Positions 39,751 to 54,074 of a stretch of 64,000 nucleotides of DNA are shown here, in pieces. The position numbers were made by a program, and so were the translations under genes. The notes under the pieces were generated by a model. It was not told the origin of the DNA and did no database searches. It worked only from the letters and a program-made list of their open reading frames with translations. Numbering within the stretch: the first letter of the stretch is position 1; the number at the start of each line of letters is the position of its first letter. The DNA is from Octopus vulgaris (lineage: Eukaryota), in NCBI GenBank assembly GCA_951406725.2, contig OX597831.1, positions 30,194,001 to 30,258,000 on the forward strand, read 5' to 3'.

Positions 39751-40990
39751 ATATTATAAGTTGGTGTGTATGCGGGTGACACTATTAACAATTGCATACA
39801 TAAACACAAAATTACATAAAAACATACACACGCGCGTGCGCATCTACATATATTTACTATATGTGTGTTTGTGTGTGTGCGTGTGTGTAAAGCATGTATG
39901 CGAATGTTTGGTTAGTTTGTGGAGCTGTGGATGTACACAAGGAAGTGGATTTTAGTATGCGTAATGAAAAGATAATACATTTCTACTAAACCATTAGAAT
40001 ATAATTGAACAAGATGTGTGCGTGTGTGTGTGAGAGAGAGAGAGTGTGTGCGTGAGTGTGTGTGCTTGTGTGTGTATGCGTATGGGTGTGTAAAGTCGGT
40101 CTGGCATGCTATAAACTGCATTCTTCTCTCACTACATCTTCAATATGGTCCTGGGAGCTTAATTGTAATGAAGAATCAACGCCAAAGTTGCATGACATCC
40201 ACTTCACGTGGATACATGTTGTGTGCACTACAGAGGAATTTGGATACATTCTTGTACAAATGATTTATGTTAAAAAAAATATTCAAATGTCTGATGATTC
40301 TGAAATTTGGTTAATTTGAAATAAATTTGTTCTAAAATCGAAGAATTGATCCCACTAATTTGATAATCCTTGAGTCTAAGACATCACTCACACTTTTGTC
40401 TATCGGAAAATATTTTTTCTCTATAGCAGGTGAAGAATTCTGAAGACATAACTGTGAGCAAATTTTCAACACAAGATTGAAATTATCCTGTATTGTTTGT
40501 TTTGCTGTCATGATGTTGATATATAAGTATACATACAAACATACGTACAATATCTATCTCTCAATCTATCTTTCTATCTATGTATCTCTCTCTCTCTCTC
40601 CCTATATATATGTATATATATATATATATGAATAAATAAATGGAGTTTAACGCAGGTGTAAGTCAAATATTTTTACTTTCGACACATGTTTCCACTGATA
40701 CTATTCAAAAGAATAAATGGTATATATATATGCAGAGAAATATATGCCATGTCTTTATTGACATTTACTAATTACGTCATCCTATGGAGGCGAAGACAAT
40801 TCTAAGAAACCAAGAATGTATGTCGCATGGTATTTGATATACCTGTATTTGTCTATGTTGATCAAATACACGCTACTGGTCACACTGAGTTCTCTTAAAT
40901 CGTGGCTGTGTGGTAAGAAGCTTATATGTATGTAAGGAGTTATATATGTATGTATACATATATATATACATACATACATACATATATATG

Positions 40991-41040
<50 letters not shown>

Positions 41041-41044
<4 letters not shown>

Positions 41045-41340
41045 AAGCTTTATGAAAATAGACAAAAGACGAAGGCAGGTGGAAAACAAACAAACAATTG
41101 TATTAGTATGGCGCTCAGGAAATATAAATAAAACAAGTCTTTAACGTTTCGAGCCTACGCTCTTCAACAGAAAGATACACAGAGAAAAAAAAACACAGAA
41201 AGAAGGAGAGAAAAAATTGTGCGTGCAGTAACTAACGAATCAACATGGCGATCTGATTTCGGCCAGAAGTCAAAGATCAAACATGAGACGCGAGAGCGAA
41301 ATTAGGGGAGATAATAGGGTTGAATGACCTACTCGAACAT
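41041..41340 (-). mobile_element. Short hammerhead-bearing repeat, copy 4 (sense to the host gene)
   Basis: Minus strand tcttt CTGTTGA a gagc gtag gctc GAAAC GTT aaaga at 41175-41138; abuts (TA)n. Confidence 0.65.
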
Positions 41341-41552
41341 AAGGGTGTGTGTGTGTGTGTGTGTGTATGAGAGAGTATTAGTGCGTATGAGAGGTCTGGA
41401 CGTGTGTATGTATATATGATGTGATGTGTAAAGTCGTGTGGTGTAGTGTGGAGATAGGAGAAGAGGGGGGAAAGAGGATGGGGGAGAAGAGGGGGAGGAG
41501 AGGAGGGGAGGGGGAGATAGGAGGGGGAGAAGGAAGGGGAGGAGGAAGGAGG

Positions 41553-41606
<54 letters not shown>

Positions 41607-42040
41607 GCATACACACACACACACACACACACACATAGACACATACGCACTCACACATCTTACGCTAAGGTATATGCGTCTATATCCATACTAAATTTGT
41701 GCTCTTATGCAAAAATTGTCTTTATTACAATTCATTGTTATTTTTTATTCGAATTCATTATCGTGATTATCATGGCTATTAACTCAATCTTTTTACATTA
41801 GTTACATATCAATACTTCCTTTCGGTCGAATCTACATTAGATGACTTATGGGAATTGCGTAATTTGTTGCACAGAGCGTTAAATGTAGTATAGATATAAA
41901 TATTGCTAATATTTATACAAAATGGTGATTAACAACTTAGGGAATTGTGGTTCGGCTGTGATGGATACGTCTCTAATAAAATGCATTCCAACCATGACTA
42001 TCGTGTATTTTTCTTAGACGTATTGCATTTAAGATTGCAT

Positions 42041-42980
42041 TACGAAGTTCGGATGAAAAGTTCGTAGGATGTCTATGAAGGAGTGACACTAGAGCTGTGA
42101 ATTCTTGCATGCATTAGTTTCATCACTTCTTATTAATAACTGCATTGCTTCTTTACAGATAAACTGACATCTTACTGTTCAAAGAAGACTTCAAAAGTAA
42201 CTAGTGGCAACTTCTCTTGAAAATAGACAAAATTTAGTACCGTGGTGTTATTAAGTGCCTGCAGAAGAAGGGTCCAGTCCCAAGCGACATTCATGCTGAC
42301 ACGGTTGCTACATTAGAGGATAGCTCTCCAGTTTTACCAACAGTGCAAAAGGAGGCAGCTGAATATGGGAGGTGAAGGGAGAGTGTTGAAGATGATTCAA
42401 GGCCTGGACGTCCTGCAATTTCCACCACCAACCAAAACATTGATCGTGTTCACCACATGATGATGGATTATATGCGTTTGAAATGAATGAAATAACGAAT
42501 GCTATAGGCACATCTCGTGAGAGAGCTGAGAATATTCTGCGTTACAAAGTTGGTGTGACAAAGGTTCTTTTTCTATTTTGTTTGATGGGTGTCTCGTCTT
42601 CTGACACATGATCAATAGCGCATCAGGCTGATCCCTTCACGGTAGAATCTGACATTGCTTGAGGCAGAATCAGTTAGTTTCTTTGAGCGTTTCCAAAGAC
42701 AGGTTAAGTGTTAGGTTCATCACCTTGAGCCAGAAACAATGAGACAAATCATGTAGTAGAAACACTCCTTCTCACCTCCAAAGAAAGCCAAAATGGTTTC
42801 ACCTGCAGGGAAAATAATGACTTTAAGGTTTTTGGGATGCAGAAGGCATTGCATTTATTGAATATCTTCAAAAGGGCCACACCATCGATGAAGAGTACTA
42901 GGCAACCTTGCTGAGGCAGTTACGAAAGGCTGTCAAGACCAAATGCCCAGGAAAACTGACGTAAGGGGGTCTTGTTGCAT
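42041..42980 (+). mobile_element. Degenerate mariner transposon
   Basis: tacgaag...gaaaagtt TIR-like start; broken frames give GRESVEDD..GRP, FWDAEGI and NLLRQLRKAVKTKCPGKL. Confidence 0.8.
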
Positions 42981-43518
42981 CCACCTACTCCAAAAACATC
43001 CGGTCATAACGCACCTGGCTTCCACTCACCACCAACACGGGTCATAACGTACCAGGCATTGCCAAAAGGGCCCGATAGAATCCACCAGTCCCTAACAAGG
43101 AACCGCCCGACATGTAAAAAAAAAACCCATACGAGACACATACAATGCTCCGTTCTTCCTTTCAATGGAAGCTGTGCATAGGCTGTGGCGTTGGACTGAT
43201 TGGTCACTCGTCTTAATTTCCTGATTAAATCGGCTGTTGATGAGTTTTTGACCAACAGGATGAAAGCTTTTTCACCAATGGGATCCAAATACACATACAC
43301 ACACATATACACGTATGCACACACACATACATATTTGCATCAAGCTTGGGTTTATCTGCATTGATACCTCCATACCAGTTCTGTTTTGATTATTTACGCT
43401 GTGGACTTTGTCTTGGGTGAAGAAGCCGGAATTAACTTCAAATTCATTCGAGCATTTCTATCTGTTTCTATACGGATCTTAGCTAGCTTTCAACTACTGA
43501 CTGTATATTTATACATAC

Positions 43519-43612
<94 letters not shown>

Positions 43613-44010
43613 CACACACACATATTTATATGTATATATACACGAATGGACAAACGAAAGAAAAGAAAACACAACACAGTAGGAGCTACATGTAATATTT
43701 AAAACAATTATTTTATTCGGATCCGTACTATTTCAAGTTTCGTACGCCCCTAACAGAAATCTGAAGCAGTCGAACTCCCGTGAGGGGCCTGGGAAACTTG
43801 AAGTAGCACGGAGCCGAATCAAACTGCTTTAAATAATATGTGTATGTATGTATGTATGTATGTATGTATGTATGTATGTATGTATGTATGTATGTACGTG
43901 TGTTTGTTTGAGTGTGTGATTGTTTATCCGTGTATGTTTTTGTGATTGTGGAAACCTTAGCGAGACTTGGTGTAAATAGATGTAAACTTAACAAAGTCTG
44001 AGCTACTCAC

Positions 44011-44106
44011 CACATTGACTTGAGCAGTTGCATAAATCAGTAGAACTGTTGTGATGATGGTGAACAAACGGAGGGTGGAGGACTTACGGATATCAAATGT
44101 CGTACA
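44011..44106 (-). CDS. rut: Adenylyl cyclase exon 5, TM9 (CTTFDIRKSSTLRLFTIITTVLLIYATAQVNV)
   Basis: tttatttcag| acceptor, GTG|gtgagt donor; 96 nt, phase 0 to 0; the AQVNV ending fits rutabaga-type ACs as I recall them. Confidence 0.9.
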
Positions 44107-44148
44107 CTGAAATAAAGACAAACAGTAATAAGTAATAGTATTAATAAT

Positions 44149-44217
<69 letters not shown>

Positions 44218-44218
<1 letters not shown>

Positions 44219-44460
44219 TTTGAATGGTGAAGTTCCAGAGGAGTGAGATGTGGTCATTTTCAAGAACTGGAGGTGGTTATTATTATTATTATTTAGTAGT
44301 TTTATTTTTATAGCGTGCTTTCACTTCAACAGAGAGCTGTGCTCGGTAGTGAAGTGAAAGCACGCTATAAAAATAAAACTACTGAATAATAATAATAATA
44401 ACCACCTCCAGTTCTTGAAAATGACCACATCTCACTCCTCTGGAACTTCACCATTCAAAC
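44218..44460. repeat. Near-perfect palindrome, 111-bp arms, 21-nt loop
   Basis: 44218-44328 is the reverse complement of 44350-44460 with one mismatch. Confidence 0.92.
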
Positions 44461-44983
44461 TGACAGAAAGATAGATGCAAATAGGCCAGACATCATATTG
44501 AAAGACTTCAGACAAAGAACATGCCTCCTCATTGATATGACTATCCCAATCGATATAAACGTATCTGTCAAGACCTACCAAAAACTGAGCAAATATAAAG
44601 ATCTTGAAATAGAAATCAACAAAATGTGGAACCTGAAGACTAAAACAATACTTGTTGTCATAGGTGCCCTGGGAATGATAGCAAAAGGGGCTGATCGCTA
44701 CCTAACTCAGATGCCAGGAAACCCCAAAATGGCAGAAATTCAAAAGATAGTGCTCATGGGAACTGCTCATATCCTACGCAAAATACTTTCTATGTAATCT
44801 CAAGGTTTAAAACAAACATAATTTTCGTGTTTTTTTCTTGACATTCACTAGTACAACACTAAATACAAAACCAAATATAAGGCATACTAGGCATAACAAC
44901 ATCACGAACTTCCAACCTGTTGTCTCTTGAGGTCTCTGGGTGAGACTTGGAGCCAACTTGTACAAATATAAAGCAAAAGTCAA

Positions 44984-44990
<7 letters not shown>
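44401..44990 (+). mobile_element. R4/Dong-like LINE 3' end (REL endonuclease plus 3' UTR)
   Basis: PPVLENDHISLLWNFTIQTDRKIDANRPDII...LIDMTIP...KYKDLEIEINKMW...VVIGALG; (TAA)n on both sides. Confidence 0.88.
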
Positions 44991-45063
<73 letters not shown>

Positions 45064-45065
<2 letters not shown>

Positions 45066-45730
45066 GGTTAAAAGTGCTTGTAAATGTACATTATAACAAA
45101 TACATTTTACTATCATCTTAGAGGAACACACAAAAGGCTGGCTGAGAAATGTAATAACATGCTAGCAGAATCAGAGACAATGCCTGAATGGCTCGCGAAA
45201 GGGAAAACCATCATAATTCCGAAATCCACTGAAACGGCAAACACACAAAATTACAGACCAACAACTTGTCTCCCTACAATTTACAAAGCCATTACTGCAA
45301 TAATATCGCAGAGAATGAGTAAGCATCTGAAAGAGAATAACCTGTTTCCAGAAGAGCAGAAGGGATGCTGCAAGGGTTCATACGGCTGTAAAGATCAACT
45401 AATGATCAATAAAGCGATAACTGAAGACAGCCTCAGAAAGAAGAAGGGTCTAAGGCCTGAATCAATTACCGAAAGGATTTTGATAGTATTCCCCACACAT
45501 GGATCCTAGAAACACTAGCCATGAACAAGGAAGCACCAATAATCATAAAATATATAAAACACACTATGAATAAATAGTAGACAGTGCTACAGCTCCAAAC
45601 AAAAGAGGGACTCATAAAAACCAAAGCCATCCCCATTAGAAGAGGAATGTTCCAGGGAGACACGGTCTCTCCACTCTTTTTCTGCTTGGCACTGACACCT
45701 TTATCTGACATGCTAAACAGAGCTGGATGC
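45064..45730 (+). pseudogene. R4/Dong-like reverse transcriptase fragment, frameshifted
   Basis: NYRPTTCLPTIYK, EQKGC..GSYGCKDQL, FDSIPHTWI and RGMFQGDTVSPLFFC motifs; internal stop and frameshift. Confidence 0.88.
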
Positions 45731-46068
45731 TTAATGCTAGGCATTAAGAACTTCCTAAACTCTATCTATATTCGTATTCTGTAGAGATTTACTTAAACCA
45801 GTAAATCGAAATGATCGTACATGCTACCCTCATTTCTGCTTCTTCCGTCTTTGTTACCTATTTAATTAAAGACATACCAGCGTAAACCACGAGTTTCCCA
45901 TTGTTATTTTATTCCTTTTCTTCTCCTATATAACCTAAACTCCGGTTTACCAACCGAATAACTTGCTAAAGACTGCACCTACCCTGCTAATAGCCAGGAG
46001 CAACTCTGGATCTAATTATCCCTTAGAGGCATTAAACCCCTCTAACTTGATACCTATATATATATATA

Positions 46069-46226
46069 TATCTGTAAAATAATATGTGACAATTATTCAA
46101 TAGCCAAGATAAAACTCTGAGTTTCGGATGCCGAGGTGGAAATCCACAACACCGTCCCTTCGGTTATCCGAAACTCAGAGTTTTATCTTGGCTGTTGAAT
46201 AATTGTCACATATTATTTTACAGATA
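46069..46226. repeat. Fold-back element, 61-bp inverted arms, with degenerate hammerhead core
   Basis: 46069-46129 vs 46166-46226, one mismatch; followed by a T-rich tail and TA repeats. Confidence 0.9.
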
Positions 46227-46431
46227 AATTTCCTCTATTTACATTATATTGAGGTATTTTTCTTTCTTTTGTTATCTTACCGTTTTTACCAATATAAATA
46301 TATATTAGTACTCGGCTTACAAAGAATAAGTCCTGGTGTCGATTTGCTCGACTAAATGCAGTGCTCCAGCATGACCACAGTCAAATGACTGAAACAAGTA
46401 AAAGACTATAACACAGAATAAAAGAATATAC

Positions 46432-46466
<35 letters not shown>

Positions 46467-46785
46467 CGCTAATATTCCTTATATATGACCACACATATTC
46501 GTCATATAAGTATGGTAATTCGCCCTCATATTTGTTTCTTTCTTTCTCTTTATCTGTTTTCCTTGGTCTTTAATGTCTCTCCCTGCCCAACGTTCATTAT
46601 GCAATGATCAAATGGTGATTATAGCCCTCCTATAGTTCTCTGCCTCAGTAGCTTCATCTAGGTGGCAGCAGCAGACAATAGATTGGGAAACTAGACAGAT
46701 AAAAATAATCAGACAATAAAACACACACACACACACACACACAAACATACACACACTGATAAACGTATATATGAACATACATATA

Positions 46786-46847
<62 letters not shown>

Positions 46848-47377
46848 CGTGCATATGTACATAAACACATATATGAACACACTAAAATGTAGATATTCAC
46901 GCACACAGGGGCGCTTTGTTAAATACACGTATGTTTATATGTATACGTGCATATGAATGTGTGTATCAGTATATATGTGTATATATATATATATATATGT
47001 GTATGTGTAAGTGTGCATGTGAATGTTTATATATGTGGATATATGCAAAGGGAGAGAGAGGAAGTGAGAGAAACTCAGACAGAGAAAGAGAATGAGAGAG
47101 AGAGAGAGTGAGAATGAGAAAGAGAGATAGCGAATGGAGCCAACTAAATATTTGCGACAGCAGCGTTTGTTTATTAAAACCGTAAATCTATAAAATAAAA
47201 CTTTGCTTGACCCTTTTATTTCTCTCATCTTTGGATTTATCTCTCTTTTATGTTTGAATGAGGAATTTTATATATGTATGTATGTATGTATGTGTATGCG
47301 TGTGTGTGTATGCGTGTGTGTGTACGTGCGTATGTATATCTACGTGTGTTTGTGTTCATAAGTGTATATTTGTATAC

Positions 47378-47496
<119 letters not shown>

Positions 47497-47543
47497 CACA
47501 TATATATATATATATACACATATATATATATATATATATACAT

Positions 47544-47600
<57 letters not shown>

Positions 47601-48409
47601 TCATACGTATATATATATGCACACATACATATACATATGTATGTCTGCTATCACTTTTAGATCGACATACGTACACTCGCTCTCACACACATAGTCTTAT
47701 ATATATATATATATACACATTTTCAAGCTTCATATACTTTTGCTATAGTAAACATCATTTGTGTAACCATGTGGAATGTTGCTGCTACTTTTCTCGTGAT
47801 TACACATCTGTGTTTTGTGGAAAGCACTACTTGAGGACAGCTTTGAGCATAGTTACTATACCATTATAACAAAATCAACGGACGAAATGCCACAGACTTT
47901 TAGCTCCTCCCGTTAAATTCAAATGTTGCATCGATGAACTTCGTCTTTTGTCCCTTTCAATTACATAAACGAAGCTGAACGATATATATATATCAAGCGC
48001 GATGATTAGAACATGGAACAAAACGACACGATACACTTGTTCCGGCACTTTGTGTTCTGAGTTCAAATTCGCCAGTCTATATCAGCCAAGTGAATGGAAT
48101 GAGATCCTACATTTAATAACATGATAAGTTATTCCCATCTTTTTTAATGCATTTTAAATTTTTCACCCTAAAATTAAATAATATGTACCATATTATTAAT
48201 TAACGACATTTATTAAATATGAATTACTTTCTGATCACTACCCACAAACTTTTAAGTCTATGAATAAACGATTAAAAGAAAATCTGATTCTTAAATGAGA
48301 TTGCAAGAATGAATGATGCAAACATCACGACTTTAACTGTTTTATTGACGAAACAGTTATGTCACTTCTGTTGGTAAACCCTGAATTTACAGGTAAATGT
48401 AAAAGTAAA

Positions 48410-48741
48410 GGCACTCTTCAGTCATGAATGACCATGGGATTGCACCTAGAAAGTTTCCCCCCGAGGCACAAGTCTAGGTAAGGCTGTTTATGCAGAACTA
48501 GTAGTCGCCCATGCATATCAGTCTCCCCTCTCCACGCCACCCTTGTTATCCAAAGGAACGTCAAAGCCAATACGGCTTGACACCAGTGACGTCGCAAGTC
48601 ATTTCCACAGCTGACTTAACTGGGGCAACGTGAAATAAAAGTGTTTTGTTAAAAAACACAACACACAGCCCGGTCCGGCAATCGAACACACTACCCCTGA
48701 TTGTGAGCCTGATGCTCTAACCACTGAGCCATGCGCCTTCC
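48410..48741 (-). mobile_element. tRNA-derived SINE family D
   Basis: Head gaaggcgcatggctcagtggttagagc; homologous to 61492-61827. Confidence 0.8.
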
Positions 48742-48947
48742 CTGAACGTACAAAAAAAAAAAAAAAAAATTTCAATGCACCACACTACACAAAACAAAAA
48801 AAAAAGAGAGTAAACCATAAATAGAAAGCATATCTCTAAAATATTCCAAAGAATATTTTATAGTAGAGACAATGATAATGAAAGCAATACTTCTGACATA
48901 AAGCAATTCTAAAAAATACACACTGATAAAATACACTAATCGCTTAT

Positions 48948-49362
48948 AGGCGTAGGAGTGGTTGTGTGGTAAGTAGTTTTCAGACGAACTACATGGTTTC
49001 GGGTTCAGTCCCACTGCGTGACACCTTGGGCAAGTGTCTTCTACTATAGCCTCGGGCCGACCAAAGCCTTGTGAGTGGATTTGGTAGACGGAAACTGAAA
49101 GAAGCCCGTCGTATATATGTATATATATGTGTATGTATGTGTGTGTATGTGTTTGTGTGTCTGTGTTTGTCCCGCTAACATCGCTTGACAACCGATGCTG
49201 GTGTGTTCATGTCCCCGTAACTTGGCGGTTCGGCAAAGGAGACCGATATAATAAGTACTAGGCTTACAAAAAATAAGCTCTGGGGTCGATTTGCTCAACT
49301 AAAAGGCGGTGCTCCAGCATGGCCACAGTCAAATGACTGAAACAAGTAAGAGAGTAAAGAGT
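48948..49362 (+). mobile_element. SINE family A
   Basis: Full-length copy. Diverged or partial copies also near 15570-15790, 17850-18000, 19265-19400, 22680-22890, 26575-26950, 46307-46410, 52315-52685 and 58430-58590. Confidence 0.85.
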
Positions 49363-49665
49363 AAACGGTAACAATGAAAGATTCAGGACGCATAAACTAA
49401 CTATGAAACATTTAAATTCCAATGGAAATGTTAACAATAGGCTCCGCCTATTATAAAATTGCAACAACGTACACCAACAGAGCTTCATCCAGAAGGTGAG
49501 ATCGAGAAAATTTGCTGATGAATTTAGAAACATAGTTGCAAAGAAACTGCATGAAAGTCATTTGAAAATATAAAAATAAGCTTGATAAAACGAAAATACA
49601 ACATATTTTTTAGTTGCAGCCTACACTCAAAAGCATGTGTATATATGTATATATGTGTGTGAGAG

Positions 49666-50049
49666 TGGAGCCGCAATGGCCCAGTGGTTAGGGCAGCGGA
49701 CTCGCGGTCATAGGATCGCGGTTTCGATTCCCAGACCGGGCGTTGTGAGTGTTTATTGAGCGAAAACACCTAAAGCTCCACGAGGCTCCGGCAGGGGATG
49801 GTGGTGATCCCTGCTGTACTCTTTCACCACAATTTTCTCTCACTCTTACTTCCTGTTTCTGTTGTACCTGTATTTCAAAGGGCCGGCCTTGTCACTCTCT
49901 GTGTCACGCTGAATATCTCCGAGAACTACGTTAAGGGTACACGTGTCTGTGGAGTGCTCAGCCACTTACACGTTAATTTCACGAGCAGGCTGTTCCGTTG
50001 ATTCGAATCAACCGGAATTCTCGTCGTCGTAACTGACGGAGTGCTTCCA
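49666..50049 (+). mobile_element. SINE family C
   Basis: Reverse complement of 33253-33638 with few substitutions. Confidence 0.9.
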
Positions 50050-50785
50050 TCCATATGTGTTTGTGTACGTCTATTGATTATGTGCGTGTGTATGTGTGTG
50101 TGGACGTTTGATAATGGTCGGTTGTATGCGGTTGTATTGTCTTTCTTTTTCCTACCTCTTTCCTATATTATTTTCCGTTCATCTCTCACTTTGTAAACGA
50201 AATACACACATAAACGCATACATTTAAATACATACACACACACTCACATACAAACGCATACACTTAAATACACATACACGCACAGATGCATGCATCCATC
50301 TGCATATATTTACGCAAACGCACCAGAATATATGTTTGTGAATGTATTTCTGTGTATTTCTTGTTAAGTCAATGTTCTGCCGTCTGTTTATTGGTAATCA
50401 TATAAGATCGTACACTCTATAACATGGATGCATATGTACAAGTGTGTTCACCTGTGTATGTATAAATATGTAATTGTCAAAGCACATACAGATATGTCTG
50501 TGTTCGTGTGCGTGCGTGCGTATGTACGTGTATGAGTCTTCAGTTATCTTTCGTGTGTGTACTTGAATGTGCATAATCTACTTTATTGCTTAACCCGAGG
50601 AGTTTAACTCTTTCTTTGAACCAAAAAAAAAAAAAAAAAAAAAAAGAAACAATGAAACAGCTCTTCTATTTTTATAAGAAATAATTTAGTTTTCCGAGAA
50701 TTTCGTTTCTGTACATTCTTAATAACTTGTAGGTCTGCGCATGCGTCAGTAAAAACACGCGTCCATGAGTGTGCACATACATACA

Positions 50786-50833
<48 letters not shown>

Positions 50834-50868
50834 CATGTATATACATACATGTATATACATACATGTAT

Positions 50869-50929
<61 letters not shown>

Positions 50930-51445
50930 TATAAATATATATATATATATATCTGTGTGTATGTTCGTGTTTGTAGAAATATATGTGCGATTGTATGTGC
51001 TCATTCCAATAAATGAATTGCTCAAAATATACACCAGAATCCATCGATATCTAAAATCGGATTTCTGCGATATTATTAAATTTCCTTTGATATGGACTAA
51101 GGAAATATGTTCATCTACCTGTTTATTTTATTCATTTCGTTTTTCGTTTGAACGTAGAATGTGGTCAAATTTTGTTCCAGGGTATGGCGTTTAATCGTTT
51201 GATAATCAGAACCTGATATAATACTGGTACTTATTAAATAAATAGTGAAGCCTGCAAGTTTGTGGAAGTTACTAAGCAGTGAAGTAAGAAGAAGTCTGGC
51301 GTTTTGGGACTAACTTTTGTTGCCTGACGGAGAAAATGTTTCCTCTTCTCTACCTAACGAAATGTCTCCCGCGAAACATCTGCTAAAGCTCATGTACACC
51401 GTTATATAAATTATATTTACCAGAGCAGACCACAACAACTCTGAT

Positions 51446-51481
<36 letters not shown>

Positions 51482-51784
51482 TATATATATATATATCATA
51501 TATATATATATATATATACATACAAACACACATATGCATACACATACATAAACATATATACATATATATATATACACACACATATATATATATATATATA
51601 TCATATATATATATATATATACATACAAACACACATATGCATACACATACATAAACATATATACATATATATATATATATACAATCATACACATAAATAT
51701 AAACATACATACATATACGTATATATACATAATACACATACACATATACATACACATACACACACACACACACATATTTATATA

Positions 51785-51891
51785 ATCCGAATTGAGGGAG
51801 TGGAACGGGTAAAAAGCAGGCTACATATGTTTCTTAGCTAGATGATTCTTTACAAACTGCATTTTACCCGTTTCACTCCCTCAGTTTGGAT
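51785..51891. repeat. Inverted repeat, 35-bp arms
   Basis: 51785-51819 vs 51857-51891; on the + strand 3 G-U pairs and one A-A mismatch. Confidence 0.8.
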
Positions 51892-52985
51892 TTTTATTTG
51901 CATTTATTGAAACTGTAATTGCTAACCGTGAGCTATACAAAGGCTTTCAACTTATTGAATTTCATCGTAATTCCTATATGGTAAAAAGTGTGTAACCTAA
52001 CCTCCGATGCCAATAAATTGTTATTGTTCTTGATTGTACTCTGACCACTTTCTTGTTCTCTGTTCCTGCCACGAACTGATTGAAGCTTACCAACTTTCTA
52101 GCGGCATTTCGTACGTTTTTATGTTCTGAGTTCAAATTCCACCGTGGTTGACTTTGCTTTTCCTTTTTTCAGAGCCGATTGATTAAGTACCAGTTGAGCA
52201 CTGGGGTCGATGTAATCTACTTGCCTACTTCTCCGAACTTGCTGGCCTTGTGCCAAAATTTGAAACCAACATAATATACTCATCTGTTTATAATGGACTT
52301 ATTAATTTTATCTTTTTAGGGTTTCAGTCATTGGACTGTGGCGATGCTGGGGAACTGCCCAGAAGTGCTTAGTCGAACAAAACCCAGGACCTATTCTATA
52401 ATGTGGTACTTATTCTATTTTACTTTTTCGACGAACTGCTAAGTTACGGGGACGTAAAAATATGCAAACACCTGTTGTCAAGCAGTATGTTGGGAACAAA
52501 CATAAATACACAGAAACACACACGCGAGCTTCCATCCAGTTTCCGTCCACGAAATTAACTCACAAGGCATTGGCCGGTCCGGGGCTGTATTAGAAGAACT
52601 TGCCCAAGACATCGAGGTGTAGGATTGAATCGGAAACCAAGTGGTTGAAAAGTGAGCATCTTAACAACCTATCATGCCTGCACCTAAATAATTTAACAGT
52701 ATATATATTTACTAGTTTCGGTTTGAGAGCTGTGGCCATGCTGGGGCACCGCCGTTGGAAACGAACCCGAGCCACCAGCGCGGTAGGCGAACATTCTACC
52801 GTCACTTTTATATAATTGATTTTACGCTTGAGATTCTTTGTCCACACGTGGCATACTTTTCCGGAGCTAAATCAATCTACATCAACGCTTTTAAAAGACT
52901 TCCTTTCTTTGACATTTAGAAACATTACTTTAAGATACTGGACAGTCAAGCTGTATGGTGAATATGTGAAATTAATCAATGTTAC

Positions 52986-53070
52986 CTTTAATTTAACGCT
53001 GAGAATCAGGATTAAGATAATAGCAATCCAAGAGAAAGCAGCCAAAAACAACAGTAACAGCAGAAATGTC
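52986..53070 (-). CDS. rut: Adenylyl cyclase exon 4, TM8 (TFLLLLLFLAAFSWIAIILILILSVKLK)
   Basis: cacag| acceptor, AAG|gtaac donor; 85 nt, phase 2 to 0. Confidence 0.9.
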
Positions 53071-53301
53071 CTGTGAAGAAAAGAAAAATATTTAATTGTG
53101 AACATGAAGTTATATAGCATTGGCAATATGTCACACAATTTTGAGAGGCTTTTATACAACAAGTACGTATTTTATTGACTTCGAGAAGTAAAAACGAAAA
53201 AGAAGGAAGAAAAAAGCAACGTCAAAAAGTTGTCATGATTGAAATGAAAACCAACAGTGGATCAAGAAACGTTATATCATTATATATATATATATATACT
53301 T

Positions 53302-53343
<42 letters not shown>

Positions 53344-53674
53344 AAGTAGATAAATGAATTATCTTATTACGGATAATTCAAATGATAACCGATACCTGGG
53401 TAGCAAAAATCACAACAGAAAAAGCACGGTTGAGGTTACGACCATGGGGCCTAAAATCCGTGCCTTAGTGCGGAAATTTGAAGTGAGCGTTTGTCAAAAA
53501 GCTTGCTGTGCATTTTGTTGGAGAATTAAGTTCCTGGATTTTCCTGAAGAGAAGGCTGCAAAATGGACTCCTTATTCAATCCGAATTAGGGACTTTGCAG
53601 CCTTTGAAACATATGTAGAAAATAATAAAAAGGAATTTTGTTAAATCTTCGTTCAGCTCCATTTCTTCCTACAC

Positions 53675-53726
<52 letters not shown>

Positions 53727-53838
53727 CACACACACACATATATATATATGTGTGTATGTATGTGTATGTGTGTGTATATGCATATGTATGCGTGTGTGTT
53801 TTTGTTAAATATATATACATGTGAGTTAATATGTACAT

Positions 53839-54030
53839 ATGCGAGGGGTATTGAAAAGTTGCTTTCTTTGGCTAAATACAGGAGGATCAGTTAATTATGA
53901 TTTTATTCAACATATTCCCCACTCAGATTCATATACTAATTGCAGTGGTCCTTCAGTTTTTCTAAACCCTGTAAAAGAACTCGGAAGATTGAAACTTCAA
54001 CCAGGCCTTTCGCGATAACATTAAAACCCG
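53839..54030 (-). mobile_element. Mariner 3' end remnant
   Basis: LQGLEKLKDHCN..NLSGEYVE* followed by a TIR-like end. Confidence 0.65.
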
Positions 54031-54074
54031 AAGCCCTTCACTTTTATATATACCTATATATGTGTGTATTTTTT

